A stretch of DNA of 64,000 nucleotides from Candidatus Eiseniibacteriota bacterium (GTDB lineage: Bacteria > Eisenbacteria > RBG-16-71-46): positions 3,584,001 to 3,648,000 of the forward strand of contig OY970342.1 in NCBI GenBank assembly GCA_963717505.1. Reading direction: 5' to 3'. A program made the translations under genes and the position numbers. The notes under the pieces were generated by a model. That model made no database searches, had not been told where the DNA came from, and saw nothing but the letters and a program-made list of their open reading frames with translations. This document shows, in pieces, positions 1 through 10,045 of this stretch (position 1 is its first letter; each line of letters starts with the position of its first letter).

Positions 1-294
1 CTCGAGACGTCCGGCGTCGTCGAGCTGCTCCGGCGCGGTCGACATCATTTCGAACAACGCATCCGCGCCGCCGTGTACGGCATGTTCGATCTGGTCGACC
101 AGTGACGGAACGAAGTTGAAGGCGGCCCGCACACCGGGGTGGCGCTCGAGATGGGTCGCCATGTCGCGATAGTCCTTGGTGCCGTGCAGGCGCACCCAGG
201 GCAGCAGCGCACGCCCGTCGCGCGCGCTGCGGTAGTCCGGCTGGTGGTGATGCCAGAGGAAGACGAGGTCGATTGGGCGAAGCGGCTCGTTCAT
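1..294 (-). CDS. Glycoside hydrolase family 57 (amylopullulanase-like), 5' part, runs off the window start
   Basis: Not in the ORF track. Manual translation from ATG at 294 gives MNEPLRPIDLVFLWHHHQPDYRSARDGRALLPWVRLHGTKDYRDMATHLERHPGVRAAFNFVPSLVDQI. The HQP, PWVRLHxxKDY and FNxVPSL motifs are typical of the GH57 N-terminus. Confidence 0.88.
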   Translation of the reverse strand, partial: MNEPLRPIDLVFLWHHHQPDYRSARDGRALLPWVRLHGTKDYRDMATHLERHPGVRAAFNFVPSLVDQIEHAVHGGADALFEMMSTAPEQLDDAGRLE

Positions 295-300
295 GTTGGG

Positions 301-409
301 AGACGCTCGGCAAGCTCGCTCATCATCGAGAAACGCTCGGCGGGCTCGCTGATCATCGAGAAACGCTCGGCAAGCTCGCTCATCATCGAGAAACGCTCGG
401 CGGGCTCGC
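301..409. repeat. Intergenic tandem repeat, 30-bp unit, about 3.6 copies, two alternating variants
   Basis: Units start at 301, 331, 361 and 391. They alternate between aaacgctcggcaagctcgctcatcatcgag and aaacgctcggcgggctcgctgatcatcgag. Confidence 0.95.
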
Positions 410-429
410 GCGGTCCGACGACTCGGGGA

Positions 430-1095
430 CTAGCCGGCGGCTTCGAGCTCGGCGAGGCGGATGCGGGCCAGCGTCGATTGGCTGGTGTCCGCGAATTCGT
501 CGAGGAGTCGGCGCAACCGTTGTACGGCCTGGTCGCGCTGGCCGAGCGCCAGGTAACAACGGGCGGATGCGGCGAGGAATTCAGCCGAGGATTCGCGATC
601 GAATCGGCCGACGATCTCTTCATACTGCTTGGCGGCTTCAGCGTACTGTCCGCTGCTTTCCAGCGAGTAGGCCAAGCTGCGGCGCGCAGCGTCGGCAAGG
701 ATGCCGCTCTTCTCGCGCTGGAGGTAGGTCCGGTACTCGGTGATCGCGTTCGCGTAGTCGCCGGTCCAGTGGGCGTTGTCGCCCATCAGTCGATGCGCGT
801 CCGCGCCACTCTTGGTCGAACCAAACTCTTCGGCGACCTGGCGCGCCATGTCGCGGGAGCGTGCGTACTCGCCCTGCCAGAACAACGCGGTCGCTTCGGC
901 GAGTCGCGTCGCCGCCGCCGATTCGTTGGTGGCCCGCGAACGGCTCCAGAAGATGAACAACACGCCGACGATGGCGGCTCCGGCCGCGACGCCGATGACG
1001 ATTCGCCCGTATTGGTCCCAGAGTCGACCGGCGCGGTCGATCAGGTCGGCGCCCGGATCCGAGAGCTGGCCGGTCTTGCGTGCTTCCAACGACAA
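430..1095 (-). CDS. Membrane-anchored tetratricopeptide repeat protein (YfgM-like)
   Basis: One N-terminal TM helix (IVIGVAAGAAIVGVLFIFW) followed by TPR-like helices. AGGAGA RBS lies upstream of the TTG start. Confidence 0.8.
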   Translation of the reverse strand: MSLEARKTGQLSDPGADLIDRAGRLWDQYGRIVIGVAAGAAIVGVLFIFWSRSRATNESAAATRLAEATALFWQGEYARSRDMARQVAEEFGSTKSGADAHRLMGDNAHWTGDYANAITEYRTYLQREKSGILADAARRSLAYSLESSGQYAEAAKQYEEIVGRFDRESSAEFLAASARCYLALGQRDQAVQRLRRLLDEFADTSQSTLARIRLAELEAAG

Positions 1096-1167
1096 GATAT
1101 GTCTCCTGTTACGGGTCTGACTTGAGACGCGGCTTCACTGCTGAGGCGAGGGTTCGGAGCCGCAGGA

Positions 1168-1197
1168 CAGTAAGCCAGCGTTCGGAGGGCCGTCAAG
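1168..1197 (-). promoter_or_regulatory. Putative sigma70 promoter of the TPR gene
   Basis: Minus strand reads TTGACG-N18-TACTGT in the intergenic region. Confidence 0.45.
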
Positions 1198-1224
1198 CCC
1201 TGGTCTCGTCGACCTCCTGCCCTA

Positions 1225-2408
1225 TCACCGAGTCTCCGCGCAGTGCTCGCAGCCGACGCCACCCCGGGCGCGAACCAGCAGTTCGGCCCCACGCCCACAC
1301 CCGGGGCAGGGCGGCAGACTCGGACGGCCGCGAGCCACATCGACGTCGGCCGCCACTCGGACGTGTACCGCCCCCGAGCGCAGCTCCTGTTCGAGCGTGG
1401 CGATCGGCCACGACCACTCGACCACACCCCACAGCCGGACCTCGGTGCGCAGCGCCCAGCGCTGGCGAACCTCGGCCGCGCGCCGCTCCCACTCGAGCTT
1501 GAGCGAGGTGGCGTCGGCCTGCTCGTCCAGCTCGTCGCCGTTTCCCGCGCGGCGGCGCTGACGCTCTTCCTCTTCCTCGATCCGCGACGAGAAGAACGCG
1601 CCGAGCCGACTCAGCTCCTCGTCGCGCAGCATCGACACGCGCAGCTCCCACTCGTGCTCGTGCTCGGCCAGGATGCGGTCGAGCTGATCGCGCGCCCCCG
1701 CCATCCAGCGCGCGCGCTCTTCGGGGTCGGGATCGTCGGGAATCTGATAGAGCCCATCGCGCGTGCGCACGTCGGGCACGTCGAAGCCGCGGCTCCACTC
1801 CATGAAGCCGCCCGACGGACCAAGCACACCACCCACGGCTCCTGTCCCGGCAGCCGCCCCAGCGGGTCGACCACCGCGTGGATCGACACGCGACGCTCGT
1901 AGCGCACCGGTCCGAGGCGCGGCGGTCCCCAACTCAAGCCGCGAATGCGGCAGACCGCGGCGAAGCCGTTCTCGGGAGCACCGGGTACGTGGGCGAGCGC
2001 GGTGCGTCGCGCGATCGCCGGCTCGGCGGTCGCCAGCGTCGAGGATCTTGCGTCCGGCCGAGCTGGCGGGTGCGGTGAACCAGGCCCCGCGCGGCAGCGT
2101 GGCCCGCTGCGGGTCGAACACCATGCGCACGCGCTGTCGCCGCCAGCGCTTGCGCAGCGACTCGGAGAGGTCGACCTCCCAGTCGCCGCGCGCCGCCGGG
2201 CGCACCGCGCTGCTCGAGTCTTCGAGCCAGCGGCCGACGAACTCGCGCCAGCCGTCGGGCAGCGCGGCCGCCATGGGAGCCGGCACCACGGCCGTCGCCG
2301 CATCGCGGGCCGCAGCCGCCCGCGAGGAACGAACCACGCGCGGCTTTCGCACTCGCGCGGGACTCAGGACGGCCCCCTTCGGCCGGCGCTCTGCGCCTGC
2401 ACGCTCAT
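1225..2408 (-). CDS. Hypothetical protein, YqhG-like, with C-terminal CxxC...CxxC zinc motif (frameshifted in this sequence)
   Basis: ATGA overlap with the SNF2 stop at 2405-2408. Charged helical region (EEEEERQRRR, LEWERRAAEVRQRW) and terminal CPGC...CEHC. Position downstream of a YqhH-like SNF2 ATPase mirrors Bacillus yqhH-yqhG (inference). Confidence 0.55.
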
Positions 2409-4364
2409 GTCTCCTCCCGCTCGAGCGTCGGGAACAGCATGGTCTGGAGGTCCTTCTGCTCCTGGTAGAGCCGGCGCGCCACCATCAGGTGCTGGCGCCA
2501 GCTCGGCGAAGCGCCGGTTGCGCGTCCGCAGGTTGGCCGACTCGGTCCAGCGCCGGAAGATCTCGTCCTCGAACGAGCCGTTGGGCTGCCAGGCGCCGAG
2601 GATCTCCTCCATCTCGCCGACCACCAGTTCGAACATCTTGATCTTGCGGTCCAGGATCTCGAGCACGTACGCCTCGATCGTGCCGCGCGAGGCGAGGTTG
2701 ATCACCCGCACCGGATGCGTCCTGGCCGAGCCGGTGCACGCGGCCGATGCGCTGCTCGACCCGCATCGGGTTCCACGGCAGGTCGTAGTTGATGACGATG
2801 CGGCAGAACTGGAGGTTGCGCCCCTCCCCTCCGGCCTCGGTGCTGACCAGGACCGGCGCCGCGGTGCGGAAGTGCTCGAGCGCCTCCTCCTTCTCGCGCC
2901 AGCCCAGCTCGCCGTGGAACACGGTCGGCTCGATGCCGGTCTCGCTTGAGCGCCTCGACGATCGTCTCCTGCGTGTTGCGGAACTGGGTGAAGACGATGC
3001 ACCTTCTCGTCGCCTATCCGCTGCGAGCGTGCGCAGCAGCGATCGCACCTTGCTCGGCGTCTTGCCGACGTCGCCGGCCCGCTGCGCGAACTGGCGCAGC
3101 CGCTTGGGATCGAAGCCGTCGTGGCCGTCGCGGCCGAGCCGCTCGAGCGTGGAGCGCGCCGCCGCCCACGACGAGCCCATCTCCTTCTGCAGCACCATCA
3201 GGGTGAAGTAGTGCGGCCGTCCCGGTGCGCCGGATTCGCCGCGCACCGCGTCGACCACGAAGTCGCTGACGTTGCGATAGAGCGTGCGTTCGGCCGGGGT
3301 CTGCGGCACCCACACCGTCTCGACCGTGCGCGGCGGGAACGTGAGATTGGTGTCGTTGCGGCGCGTGCGGATCATCACGGTCTCGAGCAGCGCGCGCAGG
3401 CGCGGCGTGTTGCGCGGCGTGCGCCGGTCGTGGCCGGCCAGGAAATCGCGCCGGAACTGGGCGAAGGTGCCGACGGTGCCCGGCCGGACCAGGGTCGCCA
3501 GGTTGTACAGCTCGCGCAGGTCGTTCTGGACCGGCGTCGCGGTCAGCAGCAGCAGGTAGCGCGGATTCAGGTCGTTCAGGAACTTCCAGCCCGAGCGTCA
3601 GGTGATTGCGCAGGCGATGCGCCTCGTCGACCACCACCAGATCGTAGTTGGCGCCGCGCACCCGGCGGCGGTGGCGCTCGTGGCGCGCGGTCTCGAGCGA
3701 CGAGATCACGAGCGGATGGCGACCCCACTGGCCCGCCGGCCCGCGCGAGACCACGAAGTCGAGCTCGAACTTCTCCCACAGCTCGGCGCGCCACTGCTCG
3801 CACAGCGACGCCGGCACCAGCACCAGGATCGGTGCGCACCGCGCCGCGCAGCAGGTACTCCTTGAGCACGATTCCGGCCTCGATGGTCTTGCCGAGACCG
3901 ACCTCGTCGGCCAGGATCGCGCGCCCGTTCAGGTCGCGCATGACCTTGAGGCACGCGCGCATCTGGTGCGGGAAGCGCTCGACGCCGCGCAGCGAGTCGA
4001 GCGAGACCAGGTGATCCGTGACCGGCCCAACCGGACCAGCGTTCGGCCTCGGCGCGCAGTTCGAAAGAGCGCCGCGGGTCGCACCTCTCCCGACTGCCAC
4101 CAGTCGAGCAGGTGATCGCCCTGCGGATGCCAGGTGCGCGGCATGTCGGCGGCGCGGCCCGCTGCAGCGGCGGCGCGTCCGCGGCTGGACCACCTCCCAC
4201 TCGCGCTGCGCCGACAGCCGGCGCAGCTGGCCGTCGAACACCACCTCGAGCACCTCGCGGCCGCGGTCGGTGTGGACTTCGACCACGAGGCCCTCGCCGA
4301 ACTGCGGGTGCCGCAGTCGCTGGCCCACCTGGTAGCGGGGTGTGCTCAGTTCCACAGGTCCCAT
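2405..4364 (-). CDS. SNF2-family (YqhH/RapA-like) helicase/ATPase (frameshifted in this sequence)
   Basis: Motifs across frames: [16 protein letters not shown] (Walker A), [10 protein letters not shown] (motif II), [45 protein letters not shown]. Confidence 0.92.
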
Positions 4365-5762
4365 TGCTCTCCCAGGGCCGGAATGTGCACTTCGATCTGC
4401 AGACGCTCGACGCAGCCGCTCGGCGAGGGTCGCTGCCGGGTCCAGTTCGCCGTGAACCAGGAAGACCTTGCGCGGTCTCGGCTCGAGCGACGCCACCCAG
4501 TCGACCAGCTCGCTGCTGGTCGGCGTGGGCGCTGAATCCGTCGAGCGCCACGACCTCGGCGCGGCGCCGCACCGGCTCGCCGAAGATGCTCACGGTTTCG
4601 GCGCCGTCGCGCAGCCGGCGCCCGAGCGTGCCCTCGGCCTGGAAGCCGACGAACAGGACCGTGTTGCGCTCGTTGCCGAGGCCGTGCGCGCAGGTGGTGC
4701 AGGATGCGACCGCCTTCGCACATGCCCGAGGCGGCGATGATGATGCACGGGTCACGGCGCGTCATTGAGCGCGCTGCGACTCCTCGGCCGAGCCGACGTA
4801 GCGCAGCCGGCCGAAGCCGAAGGGCGCGCCGTTTCCGGACATGAACTGCCGTAGGTCTCCTCGTCGAAGCACTCCGGGTGCTTGCGGAAGACTTCGGTCG
4901 CCTTGCTCGCCAGCGGGCTGTCGACGAACATCGGCAATCTCGGGGATCAGTTTGCGCTCCATGAGGTCGTGCAGGGTCGCGACCAGCTCCTGCGTGCGGC
5001 CGACCGCGAACGCCGGCACCAGCACCCGACCGCCGCGCTCCAGCGTGCGCCGCACCACCTGCGCCAGCTCGTTGCTGCAGTGTCTCGGCGTGCCGGATGG
5101 AGCCGGTCGCCGTACGTGCTCTCGAGCACCAGCACGTCGGCGCCCGGAGGCGCTTCCGGATCCCGCAGGATCGGCCGCCGGGCCCGTCCCAGGTCGCCGC
5201 CCATGCACGAGCCGGCGCTTCTGGCCGCCGCGACTCGAAGTCGAAGGTGGTGATCGCCGCAGCCCAGGATGTGCCCGGCGTCGAAGTACTCGACCCGGAC
5301 GCCGTCGAACAGGTTCCAGGGCTTCCGATAGGGATGCGACTGGAACGACGCCAACGTGCGGTCGACGTCCTGCGGCGAGTAGAGCGGCTCGCGTGCGGCC
5401 GCCCGCGACCGTGGCGGTTCACGTGCTCGACGTCGCGCTCCATCAGGAACGCGCTGTCGCGCCAGCATCGGCGTGCACAGGTCGGTGGTCGCGGCGGTGG
5501 CGTGGATCGGCCCGCCGAAACCACTGCGACACCAGCGTCGGCAGATTGCCGGTGTGGTCGAGGTGCGCGTGCGACAGCACGACCGCGTCGAGTCCGGCCG
5601 GGTCGAAGCGGAACGTGCGGTTGATGCGTTCGGCTTCGTCGCGGTGACCCTGATAGAGGCCGCAGTCGAACAGCCACGTGCGCTCGCCGAACGCGAATGC
5701 GATGCCGCGACCCGGTGACCGTGCGCGCCGCGCCTTCGAACGAGATCGAGCAGTTCGCTCAT
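4346..5762 (-). CDS. MBL-fold beta-CASP ribonuclease (frameshifted in this sequence)
   Basis: [81 protein letters not shown]. Confidence 0.92.
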
Positions 5763-6366
5763 CAGTAGCCGCGTAGAAGATGAGGCCGACGGCGGCCTGG
5801 AAGTCGTGTTGACCTTGGCGCGTCTGGAAGATCGGCGTGGTAGCGAACACTCACGTCCCAGGCCCAGCGAGCGCCAGAAGAATTGCTCGATCCCGCCCCC
5901 GACGCGTCACGTAGAAGCCGTCCTCCGGGAAGCTCGTCTCGTTGGAGGTCAGCTCGACCGACGGGCGTGCCAGCCCGATGCCGACGCTCAGCATCTTGGT
6001 GGTCTTCTCGCGCGTGTCGAACATCTGGTAGATGTCGAATCCGGTCATGATCAGCGTCAGGGTCTTGGCCACCGTGTCGGCCACCGCGCCCTGGAGGCGC
6101 GCATCGAACGTCTGCGACTCGAACGAGATGCCGATCGCGCGCTCGAAGCGCATCCGGTAGCGCATCCGGACCGCAAAGCTCCCACCATCCGAGAACAGGT
6201 CGCCGAGATCGCCCCCCTCGAGCAGGGTCCCGTACCCGCCCTGGACGCCGATCCCGACCTGTCCGGGCCGCGGCAGAATGATCTTGGACGCCGCCTGCGC
6301 CGGCGCGACCGCGCCGGCCGCCAGCAGAAACCCCATCGCCAACCGGATGCTCCAGCCTGACCTCAT
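5762..6366 (-). CDS. Outer-membrane beta-barrel protein (frameshifted near the C-terminus)
   Basis: Signal peptide ([25 protein letters not shown]), alternating amphipathic strands, aromatic C-terminal strand (QAAVGLIFY). Confidence 0.65.
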
Positions 6367-6395
6367 TCCCTTGCCTCCTGGTTCCGCCGTTCCAC

Positions 6396-7307
6396 TCACG
6401 CGCGTGGGTGAAACGAGCGATGCACCTCCCGGAGATAACCCCGGTCGAGATGGGTGTAGATCGCGGTGGTGGTGACCGATGCGTGACCCAGCAGCTCCTG
6501 CACCACGCGCAGGTCGGCGCCGCCTTCGAGCAGATGCGTGGCGAACGAATGGCGTAGCACGTGCGGGTGGACCGCGGCCGCGATGCCGGCGGCCCGCGCG
6601 TGCGCGCGCAGAATCTTCCAGAAGCCCATCCGGCCCAGCGGGCCCCCGCGGGCATTGAGGAACAGCATTCGTCGACGCGCGTGCGCCGGGCGAGCTGCGG
6701 TCGCCCGCGCTCGAGGTAGTCGGCCAGCGCCTGCGCCGCGGCGCGCCCGAACGGCACCACGCGCTCTCGGCCGCCCTTGCCCCACGGGTCACCGACTTCT
6801 CCTCGAGATCGACCCGCGTGCGCTCGAGTCCGCACAATTCGGAGACCCGAAGCCCGCTCGCGTAGGCCAGCTCGAGCAACGCGCGGTCGCGCAGCGCCGA
6901 GGGCGGTGTTGGCCGGCGGCTGGGCGAGCAGGCGCTCGACGTCGTCGGCGGGCAGCGCGTGCGGCAGCCGGCGCTCGCGGCGCGGCGGCGCCATCTGAGC
7001 CAGCGGGTCGGTGTCGCACCTCCGCTGGCGGATCAGGTAGGCGTGGAAACCGCGCAACGCCGAGCGCCGGCGGCTCACCGTGCTCGCCGCGAGACCGCGT
7101 CGTGCGAGCCCCGCGAAATAGCCGTCGACGAAGGTCGGCGACGCCTCGCTCCACGTTTGCGAGGTGATGCGACCGCGCAAACGCGGAGTAGTCCGCAAGG
7201 TCGCGCCCGTAGGCGTCGAGCGTGTTGGCACTCAGACGGCGACCGGTGCGCAGCTCGTCGAGATAGGCCTCGAGCGGAGCATCCAACGCGTGGCGCGGGC
7301 GGCTCAC
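6396..7307 (-). CDS. xerD: Tyrosine recombinase XerD (frameshifted in this sequence)
   Basis: [78 protein letters not shown] end. GTGA overlap with the uvrC stop. Confidence 0.85.
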
Positions 7308-9160
7308 GCGCCCCCCGCCCGTCGCTGCGCATCACCCGCTTCGGGCGCCGTGGCCAGAGCCGCCACCACCCGCTCGGCCAGGCTCATCGGAATGCGCGCG
7401 CGCACGGCGACGTCGGCGGCGGTCGCCTGGCGCAGCGCCGCGACCGAGCCGAACGCCTTGAGCAGGCGTGCGCGCCGCGCCGGTCCTACGCCCGGCACCC
7501 GATCCAGCTCGCTGCCGATCCGCGACCGGCTGCGCAGGTTCCGGTGGTAGGTGAGGCCGAAGCGGTGGGCCTCGTCGCGCAGACGCTGGAGTGCCCGCAG
7601 CGCCGGGACTGCGGCGCGACATGCGCAACGGACTCGCGGATTCGCGCACCACGGTCTCCTCGCGCTTGGCGAGGCCGATCAACGCGACCCTTCCAGTCGC
7701 GACTTCATCGAGTGCGGCGCGCGCCGCCTGCACCTGCCCGACACCGCCGTCGACCACCACCAGGTCCGGCCGCGGCAGCTCATCCGACTCGACCCGTGCC
7801 CAGTAGCGCTGCGACCGCTTCGCGGATCATCGCCGACGTCGTCGGGGCCCGGGCCGCGGATGCGCATCCGCCGATAGAGTCCGCGCCGCGCCTGGCCGTT
7901 CTCGCTGGCCACGATCGCGGCCACGGCACCCTCGGCGCCCAGGTTCGAGATGTCGAAGCACACCATGCGATAGGGCGGACTCTCGAGTCCGAGCGCGCGC
8001 TGGAGTTCGAGGATGTCGGGCGCGAATCGCGCACGCCGCCCGGCGCGACGCGCCTCGGCGTCCTCGAGGGCGTGCGCGGCGTTGCGCTCGGCGATGCGCA
8101 CCAGGCGCGCACCCCGGCCGCGATGGGCGACGCGAAGCTCGACGCGGTGACCCGAGGACTTCGACAAGGCCTCGGCGATCACCTCGGCGCCGGCCGGCAC
8201 CTCGGCCACCCAGATCCGGCGCGGAACCTCCTGACGCGCCAGATAGTGCTGGGCCAGGAACGACTCGAGGATCTCCTGCGGGCTCCGCTGCCCGGCTCCG
8301 GAGAGCACCCGGGTCTCCTTGCCGACCACCCGGCCGCCGCGGAGCAGCAGTGCGGTCACCGCTCCCCCGCTGCCGTGCCGCGCCACACCGAGCACGTCGG
8401 CGTCGCGATCGCGCCCGCGGCCGCGCACCATGTCCTGCGGGCGGCGGACACTCTCGAGCAGCGAGATCTGGTCGCGCCGGCGGGCCGCCAGCTCGTAGCG
8501 CTTCGCTTCGGCGGCCTCGGCCATCTCGGCCCGCAGACGGTCGAGCAGCTCGGTGTCGCGCCCGGTCAGGAACCACAGCAGCTGATCGACCAGCGCGCGA
8601 TACTCGGCCGGGGCGACCTGGGTCCGCGTGGTGCACGGCCCGGTGCAGCGGCGAATGTGGAAGTAGAGGCACGGCCGGTTGGTCCGGCGGTGCTCTTCGA
8701 AGTCGCGGCAGGTGCGCACCGGGAACACGCGCCGGATCTCGCGCAGGGTGCGGCGGAGCGCCTTGACGTCGGTGAAGGGGCCGAGGTAGCGCGCGCCGTC
8801 GTTCAGCACCTGGCGGGTGACCGACAACCGGGGGAACTCTTCCTGCACGCTGAGCTTGACGTAGGGGAAGCTCTTGTCGTCGGTCAGCAGGATGTTGAAG
8901 CGCGGCCGGTGCTGGCGGATCAGGGTCGATTCGAGCAGCAGGGCTTCGACCTCGGAGCCGGTCATGACCGTGTCCAGGTCCCGGGCCTGGACCTTCAGCT
9001 CCTGCCGCCAGGGGTCTTCGTCGGGGACCAGGTATTGCCGAACCCGGTTGGCCAGGCTCTTTGCCTTGCCCACATAGATCACCCGTCCGGCGTCGTCCTT
9101 GAACAGATAAACCCCTGGAACGGCGGGCAGATTCATGACCTTTTCCACCAGAAGGCTCAC
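7304..9160 (-). CDS. uvrC: Excinuclease ABC subunit C (frameshifted near the 3' end)
   Basis: LPAVPGVYLFKD..VIYVGKAKSL GIY-YIG domain, UVR domain YELAARRRDQ, CFDISN, VVDGGVGQ, C-terminal HhH (PGVGPARRARLL). Confidence 0.95.
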
Positions 9161-9281
9161 GGGACGCTCCAGCCCCCCCGCGTGGAGTGCGGGATGCAAA
9201 GACCCTACACCCGCTCCGGGAAGCCGGGCAACCGCTGAGACCCCCGAATCCTCGATCCCCCGAGGCGAAGGCCTCCAAACC

Positions 9282-9310
9282 TTGACCCCTGCCGGGTCGA
9301 AAACTATAGT
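9282..9310 (+). promoter_or_regulatory. Sigma70 promoter of rpsT
   Basis: TTGACC (9282-9287)-N17-TATAGT (9305-9310). GAGGAGG RBS at 9344-9350. Confidence 0.75.
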
Positions 9311-9354
9311 CACGGGTTCCAATCCGGCCACACAGCCCCACCTGAGGAGGATGC

Positions 9355-9612
9355 ATGCCGCACCACAAGTCCGCCGCCAAACGCGTACGGACCAACGAGC
9401 TTTCCCGCCAGCGCAACGTCGCGATCACCTCGCGCATGCGTACGGCTGTGCGCGCCGTCCGCGCCGCACGCACCCGCAAGGACGCCGAGGTCGCATACCG
9501 GCAGGCGGTTTCGGTGCTCGATCGCACCGTGGCCAAGGGCGTCATCAAGCGCGCTACCGCCGATCGCCATAAGTCGCGCCTCGCGCGCTTCGCCCGGGCG
9601 CTCCCGGCCTAG
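9355..9612 (+). CDS. rpsT: 30S ribosomal protein S20
   Basis: MPHHKSAAKRVRTNELSRQRN...LDRTVAKGVIKRATADRHKSRL, 85 aa. Confidence 0.97.
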   Translation: MPHHKSAAKRVRTNELSRQRNVAITSRMRTAVRAVRAARTRKDAEVAYRQAVSVLDRTVAKGVIKRATADRHKSRLARFARALPA

Positions 9613-9616
9613 TCGC

Positions 9617-10045
9617 GTGACCCGGGCCTCGGCCGCGCTGATGGCGGCCGTCCTGGCCACCAATCTGGCCTTGCCGGCCGCTTGCGCCTTTGCGCAGGCG
9701 GCCTCGCCGTTTCCCGAGGTCGAGTTGTCTCCCCCGCCCAAGTCCTCGCACGGCTGGGCGTATGTCTCGATGATCGCCGGCGTCGGCCTGATCGCCGGCT
9801 CGTTTCCGCTCAAGGACACGGCAGATCAGGCGTACGAGGACTACCTGGTCGCGACCGAGGCTGACGACATCGAGGAGCTCTACGACCGCTCGCGACGCTA
9901 CGACGTCCTGTCGGGGGTTTCGCTGGTGAGCGGCGAGGTGCTGCTGGCGTTCGGTCTCTACCTGCGCTTCATGCGCGCTCCCTCACACTCGCGAGTCCAG
10001 CTGTCCGCTGAGGCAGGACGATGCGCTCTGTCGCTGCGCTTCTAG
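9617..10045 (+). CDS. Hypothetical exported/membrane protein
   Basis: Signal peptide, two hydrophobic segments, C-terminal Phe. Tightly packed between rpsT and the next gene. Confidence 0.65.
   Translation: MTRASAALMAAVLATNLALPAACAFAQAASPFPEVELSPPPKSSHGWAYVSMIAGVGLIAGSFPLKDTADQAYEDYLVATEADDIEELYDRSRRYDVLSGVSLVSGEVLLAFGLYLRFMRAPSHSRVQLSAEAGRCALSLRF

Noticed and set aside
301-409. CRISPR array
   Set aside because: The 30-bp units are contiguous with no unique spacers, and no cas genes are in the window.
1225-5762. Known anti-phage defence system (for example DISARM or Zorya helicase modules)
   Set aside because: No methylase, PLD or membrane motor partners, and the context is core rather than island-like.
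6396-7307. Phage or ICE integrase marking a mobile element (also 20257-21171)
   Set aside because: Both recombinases have XerC/XerD size, motifs and HPRA ends and sit in housekeeping operons. No att-like repeats or cargo were seen.
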